In this document: piece after piece, positions 35,868-45,706 of the stretch | Numbering within the stretch: position 1 is the stretch's first letter | How the letters are laid out: every line of letters starts with the position of its first letter | Sequence record: PQ850607.1 | DNA: 56,332 bases | Reading direction: 5' to 3' (one strand) | DNA from: Escherichia phage HelliStehle_Bas95 | Program-made: the position numbers and the translations under genes | Notes under the pieces: model-generated | Database searches by the model: none | The model's input: only the letters and a program-made list of their open reading frames with translations | What the model was told of the DNA's origin: nothing

Positions 35868-38732
35868 ATGGCAAAACGTACCGCACGCCCCTATCAGGCG
35901 AAGGTTATCAATGAGTATTTCACCTGCCTACACGCAGGCTATAAGGCACCTGTGGTGATTCTCCCTACAGGCGGCGGCAAGTGCCTGGGTAAAGACACAC
36001 CCGTAATGTTAGCTGACGGAACAGTCGTTCCCGTGCAAAACATCAAGGTTGGCGATCAGTTAATGGGGCCGGATTCCAAACCGCGCAACGTGCTGTCATT
36101 AGCCCGTGGCCGCGAGGAGTTGTTCCGCGTGACTCCTGTTAAAGGCGACAGCTATGTTGTGAACCGTAGTCACATCCTCAGTGTTCGTCACACTGAGACG
36201 GGTGAAATTGTAAACCTGTCAATTGACGAGTGGTTGAGTAAGTCCAACTGGTTCCGTCATTGTCACAAAGGGTGGCGTACAGGTGTCAACTTCAGCGGCC
36301 AGGTTGATGACCCGTATCTCCCACCTTACCTGTTAGGTCTGTGGTTGGGTGACGGAACCAGCATTCACGCGGAGATAACGTCCGAAGACAGAGAGATTGC
36401 TGACTATCTTCGCAACTTCGCTAACGAAACAGGTCAGGAAATCCGCATCTGCGAACAACCAGGAAACAATTCTCACATCATAAAGATTGTGAATAACTGG
36501 TCGCGCGGTAAAACCATGACATCTTTACGCGACAATAATCTTGTAGACAACAAGCATATACCTCACGTTTACCTGACAGCATCAGCAGATCAACGTAAAC
36601 AACTGTTAGCAGGTCTGATTGATTCCGATGGTTGCGAACATCACGGAGGTTACGACTTCTGTTTCAAATCGGAAGCACTGGTTGACGATGTAGCGTACCT
36701 GTGTCGTTCACTCGGTCTGGCTGCATACGTCACTCCGTGCAAGAAGACAATCAAGTCTCGTAACTTCACGGGCAATTACTTCCGTCTGTCAGTGTCCGGC
36801 GACTGTTCAGATATTCCGGTTCTGTTACCACGTAAAAAGTGTGAACCACGTCAACAAAAGAAAAATGTTTTGAACACAGGTATCACGGTCGAGTCAATCG
36901 GTGAAGGTGACTACTACGGATTTGAGATTGACGGTGATCACTTGTTCCTGTTGGGTGACTTCACTGTCACACATAACACATTCATCTTTACTGAGATCAT
37001 CTCCATGATGGCCGCCGCAGGACACCGCTGCATAGTAATGTGTCACCGCTCGGAACTGGTGCGCCAAATTTCAATGAGTCTGGCAACACAGGAGTTGCAT
37101 CACGACTTTATATGCAGCGACAAGACTCGCGCGATCTGCGGTAACGTGCAGCAGGCAGAGTTCGGTCGCACATATTATCGTCCCGGCGCACCTATCGTTG
37201 TCGCTTCAGTACAGACAATCAACGCACGTATCAAAGAAAACCTGAAGGCTACCCCTCAGCGTAAAGCTATGCGCGAGGCCACGTTGCGGTTACTCGACAA
37301 CACCACGTTCGCCGTATTCGATGAGTCGCACCACCTCACCCGTGAGAATACTTTCGGTCGCCCTCTACAATACATGCGTGACACCACAAAGTTTTTGCTG
37401 GTGACAGCAACACCGGAACGTGCCGACGGTAAAGGTATGGGTGCTGTGTCAATGCAGGGTAGCGGGATTGCCGACGTGGTAATCAAAGGACCGGAAATGC
37501 GCTGGCTGATTGACCAGGGCAACTTATGCGACTATAAAATTTATGAGCCACCTACGGAACAGGCGGACTTTACTAAGGTGCGCGTGACGGCCAGCGGGGA
37601 CTACAACCAGCAGGACCAGGCGCGTGAAATGGACAAGGCTAAAATCACTGGCGATGTAGTGCGCCACTACCAGGAACTCATCAATGGAAAACTCACAATT
37701 GTATTTTGCTGTGACATCTCCCACGCTCAGTCTGTGGCCGACGCTTACCAACGGGCTGGCATTCCTGCCGCCGTACTCCACGGCGGAGACGACGAATCGA
37801 CGCGTTTCAAGACCCTCCAGTCTTTCGAGCGTCGTGAAATACTCGTGCTGGTTACCGTCGATCTTGTCTCAGAAGGGTTCGACTTACCAGCGATTGAAGC
37901 AGCCCAATTCTTACGACGTACAATGTCGCTATCCTGGTTCATGCAGGCGTTCGGTCGTGTCCTACGCCCGTCGCCAGGAAAAGAATATGCTGTTATTCTC
38001 GACCATGTGGGAAACTGGAGGGAGCATGGCCTTCCCGATAAGCCACGCGTCTGGTCAATGGCAGACAGAAAAGGCGGCAAGTCTTCGAGCAGCGATGATG
38101 ACACAGTTCCGGTTACCCGTTGTCGTGTCCCTGTCGACAAGTCCGGCAGGTTCACACCTGAGCAATGCGCAGTTATGTCGGCTGACGAACAATTTAACAA
38201 CGGGATTCGACCATGTGGATACATCTACGAAATTACCGAGTCACGCTGTCCTGATTGCGGCTGCCGACAGCCTCTGGCCCCACGTGGTGAACCCGTCATG
38301 GTTAAAGGTCAATTAGTGGAAGTGTCCGCTGAAGAACTGGCAAAGATGCGAGCGGGTGACGAGTCCATCAGCGACCAGGCTGCGGTGTGGCGTCAGGAGA
38401 TTCAGGAAGATTTACTCAAACTGAAGATGTCACCCGAAGAATACGTAGCCCGGATGCACGTACCAGCTATCGCTAAGAACACTCAGATCAATAACCATCG
38501 CCGCTGGCGCGCAATGCACGCTACTCGTCAACTATTACAGGACGAATGGATGGAGCACCACCAGAAAGGTGATGTGACTAAGGAAGCCGCACAACAGCTT
38601 TTCTTAAACCGCTTCGGCATCAACGTCTACTATGCGCAGGTGCTGAAACCTAAAGAGTGCTTTGAACTGATTGAGAAAATCAAAGCACACCTCGAAGAGA
38701 TTCATGCCAAAGGAGGCTTGACCTATGCGTAA
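35868..38732 (+). CDS. SF2 DNA helicase interrupted by an intein
   Basis: Walker A ILPTGGGK|(intein)|TFIF restored as GGGKT; DESHH motif II; VTATPER motif III; QAFGRVLR motif VI. Confidence 0.85.
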   Translation: MAKRTARPYQAKVINEYFTCLHAGYKAPVVILPTGGGKCLGKDTPVMLADGTVVPVQNIKVGDQLMGPDSKPRNVLSLARGREELFRVTPVKGDSYVVNRSHILSVRHTETGEIVNLSIDEWLSKSNWFRHCHKGWRTGVNFSGQVDDPYLPPYLLGLWLGDGTSIHAEITSEDREIADYLRNFANETGQEIRICEQPGNNSHIIKIVNNWSRGKTMTSLRDNNLVDNKHIPHVYLTASADQRKQLLAGLIDSDGCEHHGGYDFCFKSEALVDDVAYLCRSLGLAAYVTPCKKTIKSRNFTGNYFRLSVSGDCSDIPVLLPRKKCEPRQQKKNVLNTGITVESIGEGDYYGFEIDGDHLFLLGDFTVTHNTFIFTEIISMMAAAGHRCIVMCHRSELVRQISMSLATQELHHDFICSDKTRAICGNVQQAEFGRTYYRPGAPIVVASVQTINARIKENLKATPQRKAMREATLRLLDNTTFAVFDESHHLTRENTFGRPLQYMRDTTKFLLVTATPERADGKGMGAVSMQGSGIADVVIKGPEMRWLIDQGNLCDYKIYEPPTEQADFTKVRVTASGDYNQQDQAREMDKAKITGDVVRHYQELINGKLTIVFCCDISHAQSVADAYQRAGIPAAVLHGGDDESTRFKTLQSFERREILVLVTVDLVSEGFDLPAIEAAQFLRRTMSLSWFMQAFGRVLRPSPGKEYAVILDHVGNWREHGLPDKPRVWSMADRKGGKSSSSDDDTVPVTRCRVPVDKSGRFTPEQCAVMSADEQFNNGIRPCGYIYEITESRCPDCGCRQPLAPRGEPVMVKGQLVEVSAEELAKMRAGDESISDQAAVWRQEIQEDLLKLKMSPEEYVARMHVPAIAKNTQINNHRRWRAMHATRQLLQDEWMEHHQKGDVTKEAAQQLFLNRFGINVYYAQVLKPKECFELIEKIKAHLEEIHAKGGLTYA
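35982..36977 (+). mobile_element. intein (332 aa) with LAGLIDADG homing endonuclease domain
   Basis: Starts with Cys after GGGK, ends His-Asn before Thr; two LAGLIDADG motifs LLGLWLGDGTS and LLAGLIDSDGC. Confidence 0.85.
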
Positions 38733-38807
38733 ACTATGGGAGTGGGTGTTTGTTAGTACAGTCATCGCATGTTTCGTGATTGATTTACTTTACGGCTTAT
38801 AAATAGT

Positions 38808-38836
38808 TTGCAAGTTTCTTGTAAGCTGTGTATGCT
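38808..38836 (+). promoter_or_regulatory. sigma70-type promoter TTGCAA-17-TATGCT
   Basis: upstream of VRR-NUC gene. Confidence 0.45.
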
Positions 38837-38860
38837 CGGTTTCTCACTGGAGGAATTACC

Positions 38861-39271
38861 ATGTCACAAGCAGAGAAAAAGCTATTCGACCACAGCGCGA
38901 TGAAGATGCAGCGCGAGTACAAAGGGTTGTTGTATCGCAACAACTCCGGTGCATTACCCGACCGCAACGGTACGCTCGTTCGCTTTGGACTCGGCAATGA
39001 CTCCAAGCAACTCAACGAAGTGTGGAAGTCACCCGACTCCATCGGCGGCACGCCAATCACCATTACGCCTGAGATGGTAGGTCGCACGTTTCTTGTGTTA
39101 ACCGGATTCGAATTTAAGAAACCAGGCTGGCACATGACACCGGGGGACAAACGAGCGAAAGCCCAGCACGCCTGCATCCTCGACTGGCGACAGGCAGGTG
39201 GTATCGCAGGCTTCGTAACCGACGTTACCCATATCGACTACTACATTCAGGAATTTAAAAATGGCAAGTAA
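38861..39271 (+). CDS. VRR-NUC domain nuclease
   Basis: 136 aa; D...GFEFKK PD-(D/E)xK-type motif; SD GGAGGA. Confidence 0.55.
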   Translation: MSQAEKKLFDHSAMKMQREYKGLLYRNNSGALPDRNGTLVRFGLGNDSKQLNEVWKSPDSIGGTPITITPEMVGRTFLVLTGFEFKKPGWHMTPGDKRAKAQHACILDWRQAGGIAGFVTDVTHIDYYIQEFKNGK

Positions 39272-39455
39272 TAAAGAGTTACACCCGAACACTCAGAAGC
39301 TGGCTGAACTTATCGAAACGCACGGTCTGGAAAAAGTGATGGCCGCTACCGGATACAAGATTAGTACGCTTGTCCAGTACATGAAAGGCCATTGCGGTGT
39401 TATCCCTGACGCGCGCCTGAACATTGCTATCGTGGTATTGAACTCTAATAAATAA
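39261..39455 (+). CDS. small hypothetical protein
   Basis: 64-aa ORF. Confidence 0.45.
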   Translation: MASNKELHPNTQKLAELIETHGLEKVMAATGYKISTLVQYMKGHCGVIPDARLNIAIVVLNSNK

Positions 39456-39464
39456 GGTTATCTC

Positions 39465-41885
39465 ATGACCTATAAGCCTGAACAGGCGCAGTTGTTTTAT
39501 GCCGCGCTAACTGGAATGCAAAACCCGCCGCTTGTATGGCAGTGGTTCTGTGACTATGACAAAGACCGACGCGACCTGGCTGGCTGGGAATACGCGTATA
39601 TGAATCCGACAAAGCTGGCTGACCTTCAGGCTCGCGGCTGCGGCGTGTTCACGTCTGTCAATGGTTCGACTACAGGCGGTCGTGGTAAGAATGACATCGA
39701 CATCTTCCGCGCTGTCTTCATGGACAGTGACGGTGCTCCGTTCCCGGACCAGTGGCCTATTCCACCACACGCTATCGTCAAGCGCGACGACACGCACTTC
39801 CACGCTTACTGGTTTATCGACGGCGACTGCTCTGCTATGGAGTGGATGATCGCACAGAAGCAGATCGCTCTGCACTTCGGTAGCGACGAGTCAATGGTAA
39901 ACCCTGACCGCGTTATGCGTGTACCGGGATTCATGCACCAGAAGTCACTGAACAACCGCGTTCTCTACGAACTGGCGGAACTCCACGCTGACATGCCACG
40001 CTACAAACTGCGCGACGTTATCTCACGCTTCACGTTGACCGACGAGAAGATGATGAAGATGGGCGAGTGGGTACGCCAGCGCAGCGCTCAGTACGTGGGC
40101 GGTATGGATGATTTCGACGACAACGATCACAACTGCAAACAGTTTATCACCTACCTGAAGGAGCGCGCCGAGCAATCCATCAGCGGCCAGGGTGGTAACC
40201 ATGTGCTGTTCAAGACTGCCGCCGCCGGACGTGACTACCAACTGTCACCGCAGAAAACCTACGAGTTAATGATTGACTACTGGGACGCTAACAACGAACC
40301 GCCGTGGGGCGATGAGATGTGGCCGACCGTCCAAAACGTTTACAAGTACAGCCAGAATGGTGTCGGTGCGCGCTCTTTCGCTGCACGTATCACTGAGCAG
40401 GCCGCTATGCTGCCGGGTATGTCACTGACTCCGGTTGAGCAGGCTATCTATGTGCCGGAAGCGCCAGTCGTTGACGAGAAGCAGCAAATGGCCGAGTCAG
40501 TAGCACGCCTGGCTGCGGCAATCGAGTCCGGCGATGACAGCATGATGCAGCCTGACGACATGGTTTACAGTTCCAACCATACGCGTAACGCTATGCTGTT
40601 TATGTGGTTGCACTGCCGCAACGGTGAGTACCTTGTCGACGATGGTATCATGTACCAGTTCAACGGTAAGATTTACGAAGCTCAAGCGCCGGACTTCCTG
40701 AAGGTTAAACTGGCTACTGAGATGCAACTCAGCTTCCCTTCGGAGTCAACCATCAACGGTACCGCCAACCTCATCAAGCTGTTACTGGCACGCTCTGCTC
40801 CGTCCAAATGGCCTGAGTGGAAAGGTGATCCCGATAAGGATACATCCGGCTTGATATGCTTCAACAATGGCATTCTGGATATTAACGAGAATCTCTGGTA
40901 TGAACACACGCACTTACTGCGCATTCGTACCATTCTCCCGTTCGATTATGATCATCAGGCCACTTGCCCTACGTGGGAAAACTTCCTGCGTGACGTGTGG
41001 GGTAACAGCAAATACGAACCACTGATTGAACAGTTACAGATGTGGTTTGGCTATATGCTTATGGATGATACCAGTCAGCAGAAGATGCTCATCATGTCCG
41101 GTACCGGGGGCGCTGGTAAGTCGACCATCATGCGCACGCTTAACAAAATGGTAGGCGACTACAACTGCGCGTTCCCTAACCTGAACGGCTTAACTAAAGA
41201 TTCGCAACTGGCAGCTTTATTCGACAAGCCTGTGGCAATCCTGAACGACGTGTCTGATCCGTCACCATCTAACGCTACAGCAGTGGTTGAACGTATCAAA
41301 GGTATCGTAGGTCAGGACAAGTTAACGATTGACCGCAAGTACCTGACGTCAATCGAGGTCAGTTTCCGGTGCCGTCTGAACGTTACCTGCAACGCCTTCC
41401 CGCGTTTGTCAGAGTCATCAAACGCTATGCTTCGTCGTGGTCTGTTCTTCACAACCAAGCGTTCGTTTGTCGGCAAGGAAGACATGACGCTGGAACCGCG
41501 CATCGAAAAAGAGATGACAGGCATTATCAACTGGGCGATCACAGGTATCAAAAAGTTACAGAAGATTGGCAAGCTGGAAAACCACCCTTGCATGAATGAC
41601 GACATTGAAATCTTCCGTATGTTGACGTCGCCGCTTGAAACGTTCGTGCAGGATGCGCTGGTATACCGTGAGGATGCTTACATCACCATCTCAGATCTGT
41701 GCAAGCGTTACAAAGCATGGTCAACCCTGAACGAAGGTTCGCGCATGTTCAGTAACCAGTCATTTATAAGTAAGATCGGTGTGTTCCCTGGTTTGAGTCT
41801 GGCGAAACGTGGCCGCGACTATGTACTGGAAGGTGCTTACCTTCGACCGGATGACGAACCAGACAACGGAGTTATTTACCAGTGA
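39465..41885 (+). CDS. DNA primase / D5-type NTPase (primase-helicase)
   Basis: 806 aa; N-terminal primase-polymerase-like region (GCGVFTSVNG, FMDSDGAP), C-terminal P-loop SGTGGAGKST. Confidence 0.7.
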   Translation: MTYKPEQAQLFYAALTGMQNPPLVWQWFCDYDKDRRDLAGWEYAYMNPTKLADLQARGCGVFTSVNGSTTGGRGKNDIDIFRAVFMDSDGAPFPDQWPIPPHAIVKRDDTHFHAYWFIDGDCSAMEWMIAQKQIALHFGSDESMVNPDRVMRVPGFMHQKSLNNRVLYELAELHADMPRYKLRDVISRFTLTDEKMMKMGEWVRQRSAQYVGGMDDFDDNDHNCKQFITYLKERAEQSISGQGGNHVLFKTAAAGRDYQLSPQKTYELMIDYWDANNEPPWGDEMWPTVQNVYKYSQNGVGARSFAARITEQAAMLPGMSLTPVEQAIYVPEAPVVDEKQQMAESVARLAAAIESGDDSMMQPDDMVYSSNHTRNAMLFMWLHCRNGEYLVDDGIMYQFNGKIYEAQAPDFLKVKLATEMQLSFPSESTINGTANLIKLLLARSAPSKWPEWKGDPDKDTSGLICFNNGILDINENLWYEHTHLLRIRTILPFDYDHQATCPTWENFLRDVWGNSKYEPLIEQLQMWFGYMLMDDTSQQKMLIMSGTGGAGKSTIMRTLNKMVGDYNCAFPNLNGLTKDSQLAALFDKPVAILNDVSDPSPSNATAVVERIKGIVGQDKLTIDRKYLTSIEVSFRCRLNVTCNAFPRLSESSNAMLRRGLFFTTKRSFVGKEDMTLEPRIEKEMTGIINWAITGIKKLQKIGKLENHPCMNDDIEIFRMLTSPLETFVQDALVYREDAYITISDLCKRYKAWSTLNEGSRMFSNQSFISKIGVFPGLSLAKRGRDYVLEGAYLRPDDEPDNGVIYQ

Positions 41886-42376
41886 AACCTTTCTACGCAA
41901 GCAAGACACCAAAGGAGTTACGCGATTGCTGGGGTACGCCCCAGTGGTTGATTGATCGCCTGTCGCTGGAGTTTGATTTCGCAATCGACGCGGCGGCAGA
42001 TGAGCACAACAGAAAGTTCCCCCTGTATTTTAAGCAGGGGTTGGGCTTTAACTGGGCGGACTTCTGCCCGGAAGGTAAATGGGTATGGAACAACCCGCCG
42101 TTCTCTGACGTCGACCCGTGGGTGGATCAGTGGATACAGTGCAGCGAATCGGACCGTGGCGTGGTGTCAATCGTCAACGCACAGACGAGCAGCCGCTGGT
42201 TTCATAAGGCGCTGGAGGCTTGCTCAGAGGCCAGGTTTAGTATCGGGCGTGTGGCCTTCATTCACCCCGTTACCGGAAAGCGTGTAGCCGGAAACAACCT
42301 GGGGCAAGTGCTGTTCGTATTTGAACCGGGCAAGCTGGGTGAAAAAAGAATTGGCACTTTCAAAGGAACCAAGTAG
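41882..42376 (+). CDS. phage Dam-like DNA N6-adenine methyltransferase
   Basis: DCWGTPQWL and NPPF motifs; GTG start overlapping primase stop. Confidence 0.65.
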   Translation: MKPFYASKTPKELRDCWGTPQWLIDRLSLEFDFAIDAAADEHNRKFPLYFKQGLGFNWADFCPEGKWVWNNPPFSDVDPWVDQWIQCSESDRGVVSIVNAQTSSRWFHKALEACSEARFSIGRVAFIHPVTGKRVAGNNLGQVLFVFEPGKLGEKRIGTFKGTK

Positions 42377-42403
42377 AATGGATTACTTGACAAAGGAGGA
42401 TGT

Positions 42404-42592
42404 ATGAAAATCACACCACTGAAGGAATGGATTGAAGGTCACCGCTCGTTAACGGCTGCGGCTGAAGTGCTCGACGTTCCAAAACAAAACCTGTCGTTTG
42501 CTTTGAACAAAGTGAAGGGCGCTACGTTTGTGCTGGAGGAAGACGACGGGACACTGCGGTTGTTACGTGAGGTTGCAAAAAGGGGCGCATAA
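42404..42592 (+). CDS. small hypothetical protein
   Basis: 62 aa; SD AAGGAGGA. Confidence 0.5.
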   Translation: MKITPLKEWIEGHRSLTAAAEVLDVPKQNLSFALNKVKGATFVLEEDDGTLRLLREVAKRGA

Positions 42593-42617
42593 GCGCCCTT
42601 AGTTTTTTTTTTTTTTT
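42582..42617. terminator. strong terminator separating + replication block from - early block
   Basis: GGGCGC-ataa-GCGCCC stem followed by T15 and preceded by A5. Confidence 0.8.
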
Positions 42618-42810
42618 ATGATGCCAGGTGTATCAACACTTGAATTGCTGCAACACCCAGTCCGGTTAGTATTCCAATGAATGACCCACCGATCGCACCC
42701 AATGTACGCTCACGCCAGTTAACACTTTCGAATGTTTCAGCCAGGATGTAAGCCACTACACTGAACATCAGACACGCGAACGACGATAAAATTATGGCTA
42801 CAGAAAACAT
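42616..42810 (-). CDS. small membrane protein
   Basis: 64 aa, two hydrophobic helices. Confidence 0.5.
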   Translation of the reverse strand: MFSVAIILSSFACLMFSVVAYILAETFESVNWRERTLGAIGGSFIGILTGLGVAAIQVLIHLAS

Positions 42811-42819
42811 AATTACCTC

Positions 42820-43071
42820 TTAGTGAAACGTTAGTTTGAGTTGCTCAAAGATTACCGGATCATCAAGCTGAATCTCCAGTTCTTCATCATGCACCTGATA
42901 CTCATCGACATCACTCGCCGCCAGCACCAGTTGCACACCGTCAACCACACCCAGTATAGCAAAGACTCCCTGGCTACGGTCGCTGTTTACGATACTGAGC
43001 ATGTCGCTCAGCACTTCCCCCAGTCCGTTTGGGTCAACACAAAGGTCGATATGTTTCGCTTCATCTGACAT
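42820..43071 (-). CDS. hypothetical acidic protein
   Basis: start placed at internal ATG; uncertain. Confidence 0.4.
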   Translation of the reverse strand: MSDEAKHIDLCVDPNGLGEVLSDMLSIVNSDRSQGVFAILGVVDGVQLVLAASDVDEYQVHDEELEIQLDDPVIFEQLKLTFH

Positions 43072-43372
43072 GGCGGCTGGCCTCCTGTGCATCAACGATT
43101 GCTTCGTTTGTGGCGACAATGAGATCCACCACATGTTTTGCGAGTACGGTAAGATTCCCGTGTCGCGCTTGATTCACCACGTTGATCGCGGTGTTCTCAT
43201 CCGTCATCATTTCCACGCCGTCAATCAGGTCGACGATGAATTTGTGGCGGTCATACTCCCGGTTAAAGCTGGCGATGTCCGGGTGGTTATCAAGATGAAA
43301 GCAACACCTGTATCCTTTAGGTAAATTGGTAACGCGATCACCTACTCGCGGCCCGTCGATTAAAAGAATCAT
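43061..43372 (-). CDS. hypothetical protein
   Basis: start at MILLIDGP...; ATGA overlap with HNH gene. Confidence 0.45.
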   Translation of the reverse strand: MILLIDGPRVGDRVTNLPKGYRCCFHLDNHPDIASFNREYDRHKFIVDLIDGVEMMTDENTAINVVNQARHGNLTVLAKHVVDLIVATNEAIVDAQEASRHVR

Positions 43373-43974
43373 GCTTTGTGTTCTCCGTGGTTGGCAAATT
43401 CTCCATGTGCCAGTCGTTGAGCCTGTAACCATTCCACGGCGAGGCGTTTACCTTCTTCAGTTAAAGGGAAGTATTTAACATTCTTGCATACTCCCGCACG
43501 ATAACACTTTCCTTTATTTACAGACAAACCTTTGATACCCGTCGAACTATCAAACCGCGTTTGTCTATTCCAACTGTTCTCGTCCGGTTCAGCTTCCCGT
43601 AAATTAGAGATTCGATTATCATCACGAATCCCGTTAAGATGGTCTAACCATCCGTTAGGTGGTTCACCGTAATACATTTCCCATATAATACGGTGAACCT
43701 TCCAACACTTGCCGTCAAACGTGCATTGTCTATAACCTTTCGGATCAAGCGAACCAACCTCATCACCAGCTTTAACGCGACGAGCCGTTGGTCTTTTCCA
43801 GAACAGCTTCCCGGTAACAGGGTCGTAACGAAAATGATGCTCAAATAAATGTAGCGACAATTTGAGCCTCCTTGCGATGTGATCTGTGAATGGTAACGAC
43901 TCCAGCCGTTTCAAGTTTCTTCGCCGCCTTGCGCACATGCTCTTTGTCATAGCCGGTATAGGAGGCCAGTTCAT
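43369..43974 (-). CDS. HNH homing endonuclease with AP2-like DNA-binding domain
   Basis: GKLFWK...GYRQC..DGK.WKVHRIIWEMYYGEPP.GW.DHLNG.RDDNR.SNL; start uncertain (overlaps upstream ORF). Confidence 0.7.
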   Translation of the reverse strand: MNWPPIPAMTKSMCARRRRNLKRLESLPFTDHIARRLKLSLHLFEHHFRYDPVTGKLFWKRPTARRVKAGDEVGSLDPKGYRQCTFDGKCWKVHRIIWEMYYGEPPNGWLDHLNGIRDDNRISNLREAEPDENSWNRQTRFDSSTGIKGLSVNKGKCYRAGVCKNVKYFPLTEEGKRLAVEWLQAQRLAHGEFANHGEHKA

Positions 43975-44092
43975 CGAACGTTACAGGTGCGTCAGCCGAT
44001 GCTATACAGCATAGCAGGTAACGACCCAGGGTGTTAATGTTGTGTACGTCCAGCGCGGCGCGCTCGCCCGGCGTGAATACCTTAATTGCCAA
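43841..44092 (-). CDS. small winged-helix/HTH-like protein
   Basis: 83 aa; DELASYTGYDKEHVRKAAKKLETAGVV. Confidence 0.45.
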   Translation of the reverse strand: MAIKVFTPGERAALDVHNINTLGRYLLCCIASADAPVTFDELASYTGYDKEHVRKAAKKLETAGVVTIHRSHRKEAQIVATFI

Positions 44093-44432
44093 GATAGTAA
44101 CCCTCCACGATTTTTCTAACGTCGAGCATTTTCACGTCATCATATTTTCGCTCATCATCATAAACACCTTTGACGTTAGCGATCACGTCGTTGGCTTTCA
44201 CCAGTTTGGATTCCAGGTCAGCGGCACGCTCATAGTCATACACCTGTTGGTTTGCTAACTTCAGGTTTTGCTTTACAACTTCGTTGTCATACTGCGTGAA
44301 CTGAGTATTGGTAGCCGCGACAGGTGCGTCAGCGTTACGCAGCTTGTTAGCCAGCGACTTGACGTTATTCATCGTCATGCCTTCGGCAATCAGGACCAGT
44401 GCTTCATTAAAGGTAAGGGTGATAGTTTTCAT
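44082..44432 (-). CDS. hypothetical protein
   Basis: 116-aa ORF. Confidence 0.5.
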   Translation of the reverse strand: MKTITLTFNEALVLIAEGMTMNNVKSLANKLRNADAPVAATNTQFTQYDNEVVKQNLKLANQQVYDYERAADLESKLVKANDVIANVKGVYDDERKYDDVKMLDVRKIVEGYYLGN

Positions 44433-44695
44433 TTAATACGCTCCACTTCATATGCAAACGCAGAGTAGGTGTTGGCCGCCAGCAGTCCGGCGGTCGGTGA
44501 TGCGGGTAAACGCAGTTTCTTGAGTGCCAGGCGCACGACGAGTACGCGCAGCCAGACTACAGATTGCTCCTTGTCAGGTGTGGTTTGAGTGATACGACGG
44601 TGCCTGTCGTCGACAACGTAGTAGCCGGCGGCTTCACGTTTGATGTGGTAGGTTGCTTCTGCTTCACGCAGGATATTGATTTGGAATCTGAACAT
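44429..44695 (-). CDS. hypothetical protein
   Basis: 88-aa ORF downstream of consensus promoter. Confidence 0.5.
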   Translation of the reverse strand: MFRFQINILREAEATYHIKREAAGYYVVDDRHRRITQTTPDKEQSVVWLRVLVVRLALKKLRLPASPTAGLLAANTYSAFAYEVERIK

Positions 44696-44730
44696 GACTA
44701 TTTACCCCATTGCTCGTTAGCGATAGGGTA

Positions 44731-44759
44731 AATATAGGTTAGTTAAATCTGACTGTCAA
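44731..44759 (-). promoter_or_regulatory. near-consensus sigma70 promoter TTGACA-17-TATATT
   Basis: read on - strand. Confidence 0.6.
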
Positions 44760-44764
44760 TAGAT

Positions 44765-45460
44765 TTATTTATAGGCTTCCAGTGCTAGTCTACAAATATG
44801 TGATCTAACGCAATCATTTTCATGGAAGAGAATACCCTGAACGTCGTCAGAGTCATGGAAACGGGCCAGCGCGTCGCTCAGACCGTCTTGCATACCTTTC
44901 GGTAAATCACACTGAGTGACGTCACCGTTGACGACCACGATACAGTTTTCCCCGATACGCGTGAGGAAAGTTTTCATCTGTTTTACGGTTGTGTTCTGCG
45001 CTTCGTCGAGGATGATGAACGCGTTGTCAAAGCTGCGGCCACGCATGTAGGCGAACGGTGCAATCTCAATCTTACCGTGGTCCATGCAGTATTTGAAATG
45101 CGTCTCGCCCAAGCGTCGCTTCAGGGTTTCGGATACAGGTTTAAAATACGGATCAAACTTAGCGTTAATGTCACCCGGCAGGAAGCCCATGTCTTCATCC
45201 GCGTTGAGTACAGGGCGGGTAACGATGATTCGTTCAACGACTTTGTCAGTGAGGTACTCAGCAGCCTTACACGCCGCGATAAATGTCTTCCCGCATCCGG
45301 CAGCACCGCTGGCGAAAATAAGGGATTTGGTTCGAATGGCCTCAAGATATGACTCCTGATTTACGGTGCGCGGTTCAATCGGTGATTTATCTGCGCGGGT
45401 GACGGGGGAAGGGTTGGTGTTAAGCTCGACAACTTCAGCAGTGTTGCGTTTCTTACCCAT
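44765..45460 (-). CDS. phoH: PhoH-like ATPase
   Basis: GAAGCGKTF Walker A, IILDEAQN, GDVTQCDL; start at ATG 45460 with SD GAGGTG. Confidence 0.8.
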   Translation of the reverse strand: MGKKRNTAEVVELNTNPSPVTRADKSPIEPRTVNQESYLEAIRTKSLIFASGAAGCGKTFIAACKAAEYLTDKVVERIIVTRPVLNADEDMGFLPGDINAKFDPYFKPVSETLKRRLGETHFKYCMDHGKIEIAPFAYMRGRSFDNAFIILDEAQNTTVKQMKTFLTRIGENCIVVVNGDVTQCDLPKGMQDGLSDALARFHDSDDVQGILFHENDCVRSHICRLALEAYK

Positions 45461-45505
45461 AGAGCACCTCGTTTGAGAGGGGCGCGGGATTGCGCCCATC
45501 GTTTA

Positions 45506-45706
45506 CTACATCCAGCCAGCAATCGCCCCCGGTAACCAGGTGAAAATGCCTACGATGCGTATGACAGTTTCAGCCGTGGAGTCGGACGCGTTACCACCAC
45601 CAATATACGCCAGGCAGTGTGCAAGGTTCAAGAACCAGCCAATCCAGCCGAATATAAAGAGTCCGACGGTACTGAACGCTGCGAACAACCCGAGGTATTT
45701 ACCCAT
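45506..45706 (-). CDS. small membrane protein
   Basis: 66 aa hydrophobic. Confidence 0.5.
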   Translation of the reverse strand: MGKYLGLFAAFSTVGLFIFGWIGWFLNLAHCLAYIGGGNASDSTAETVIRIVGIFTWLPGAIAGWM

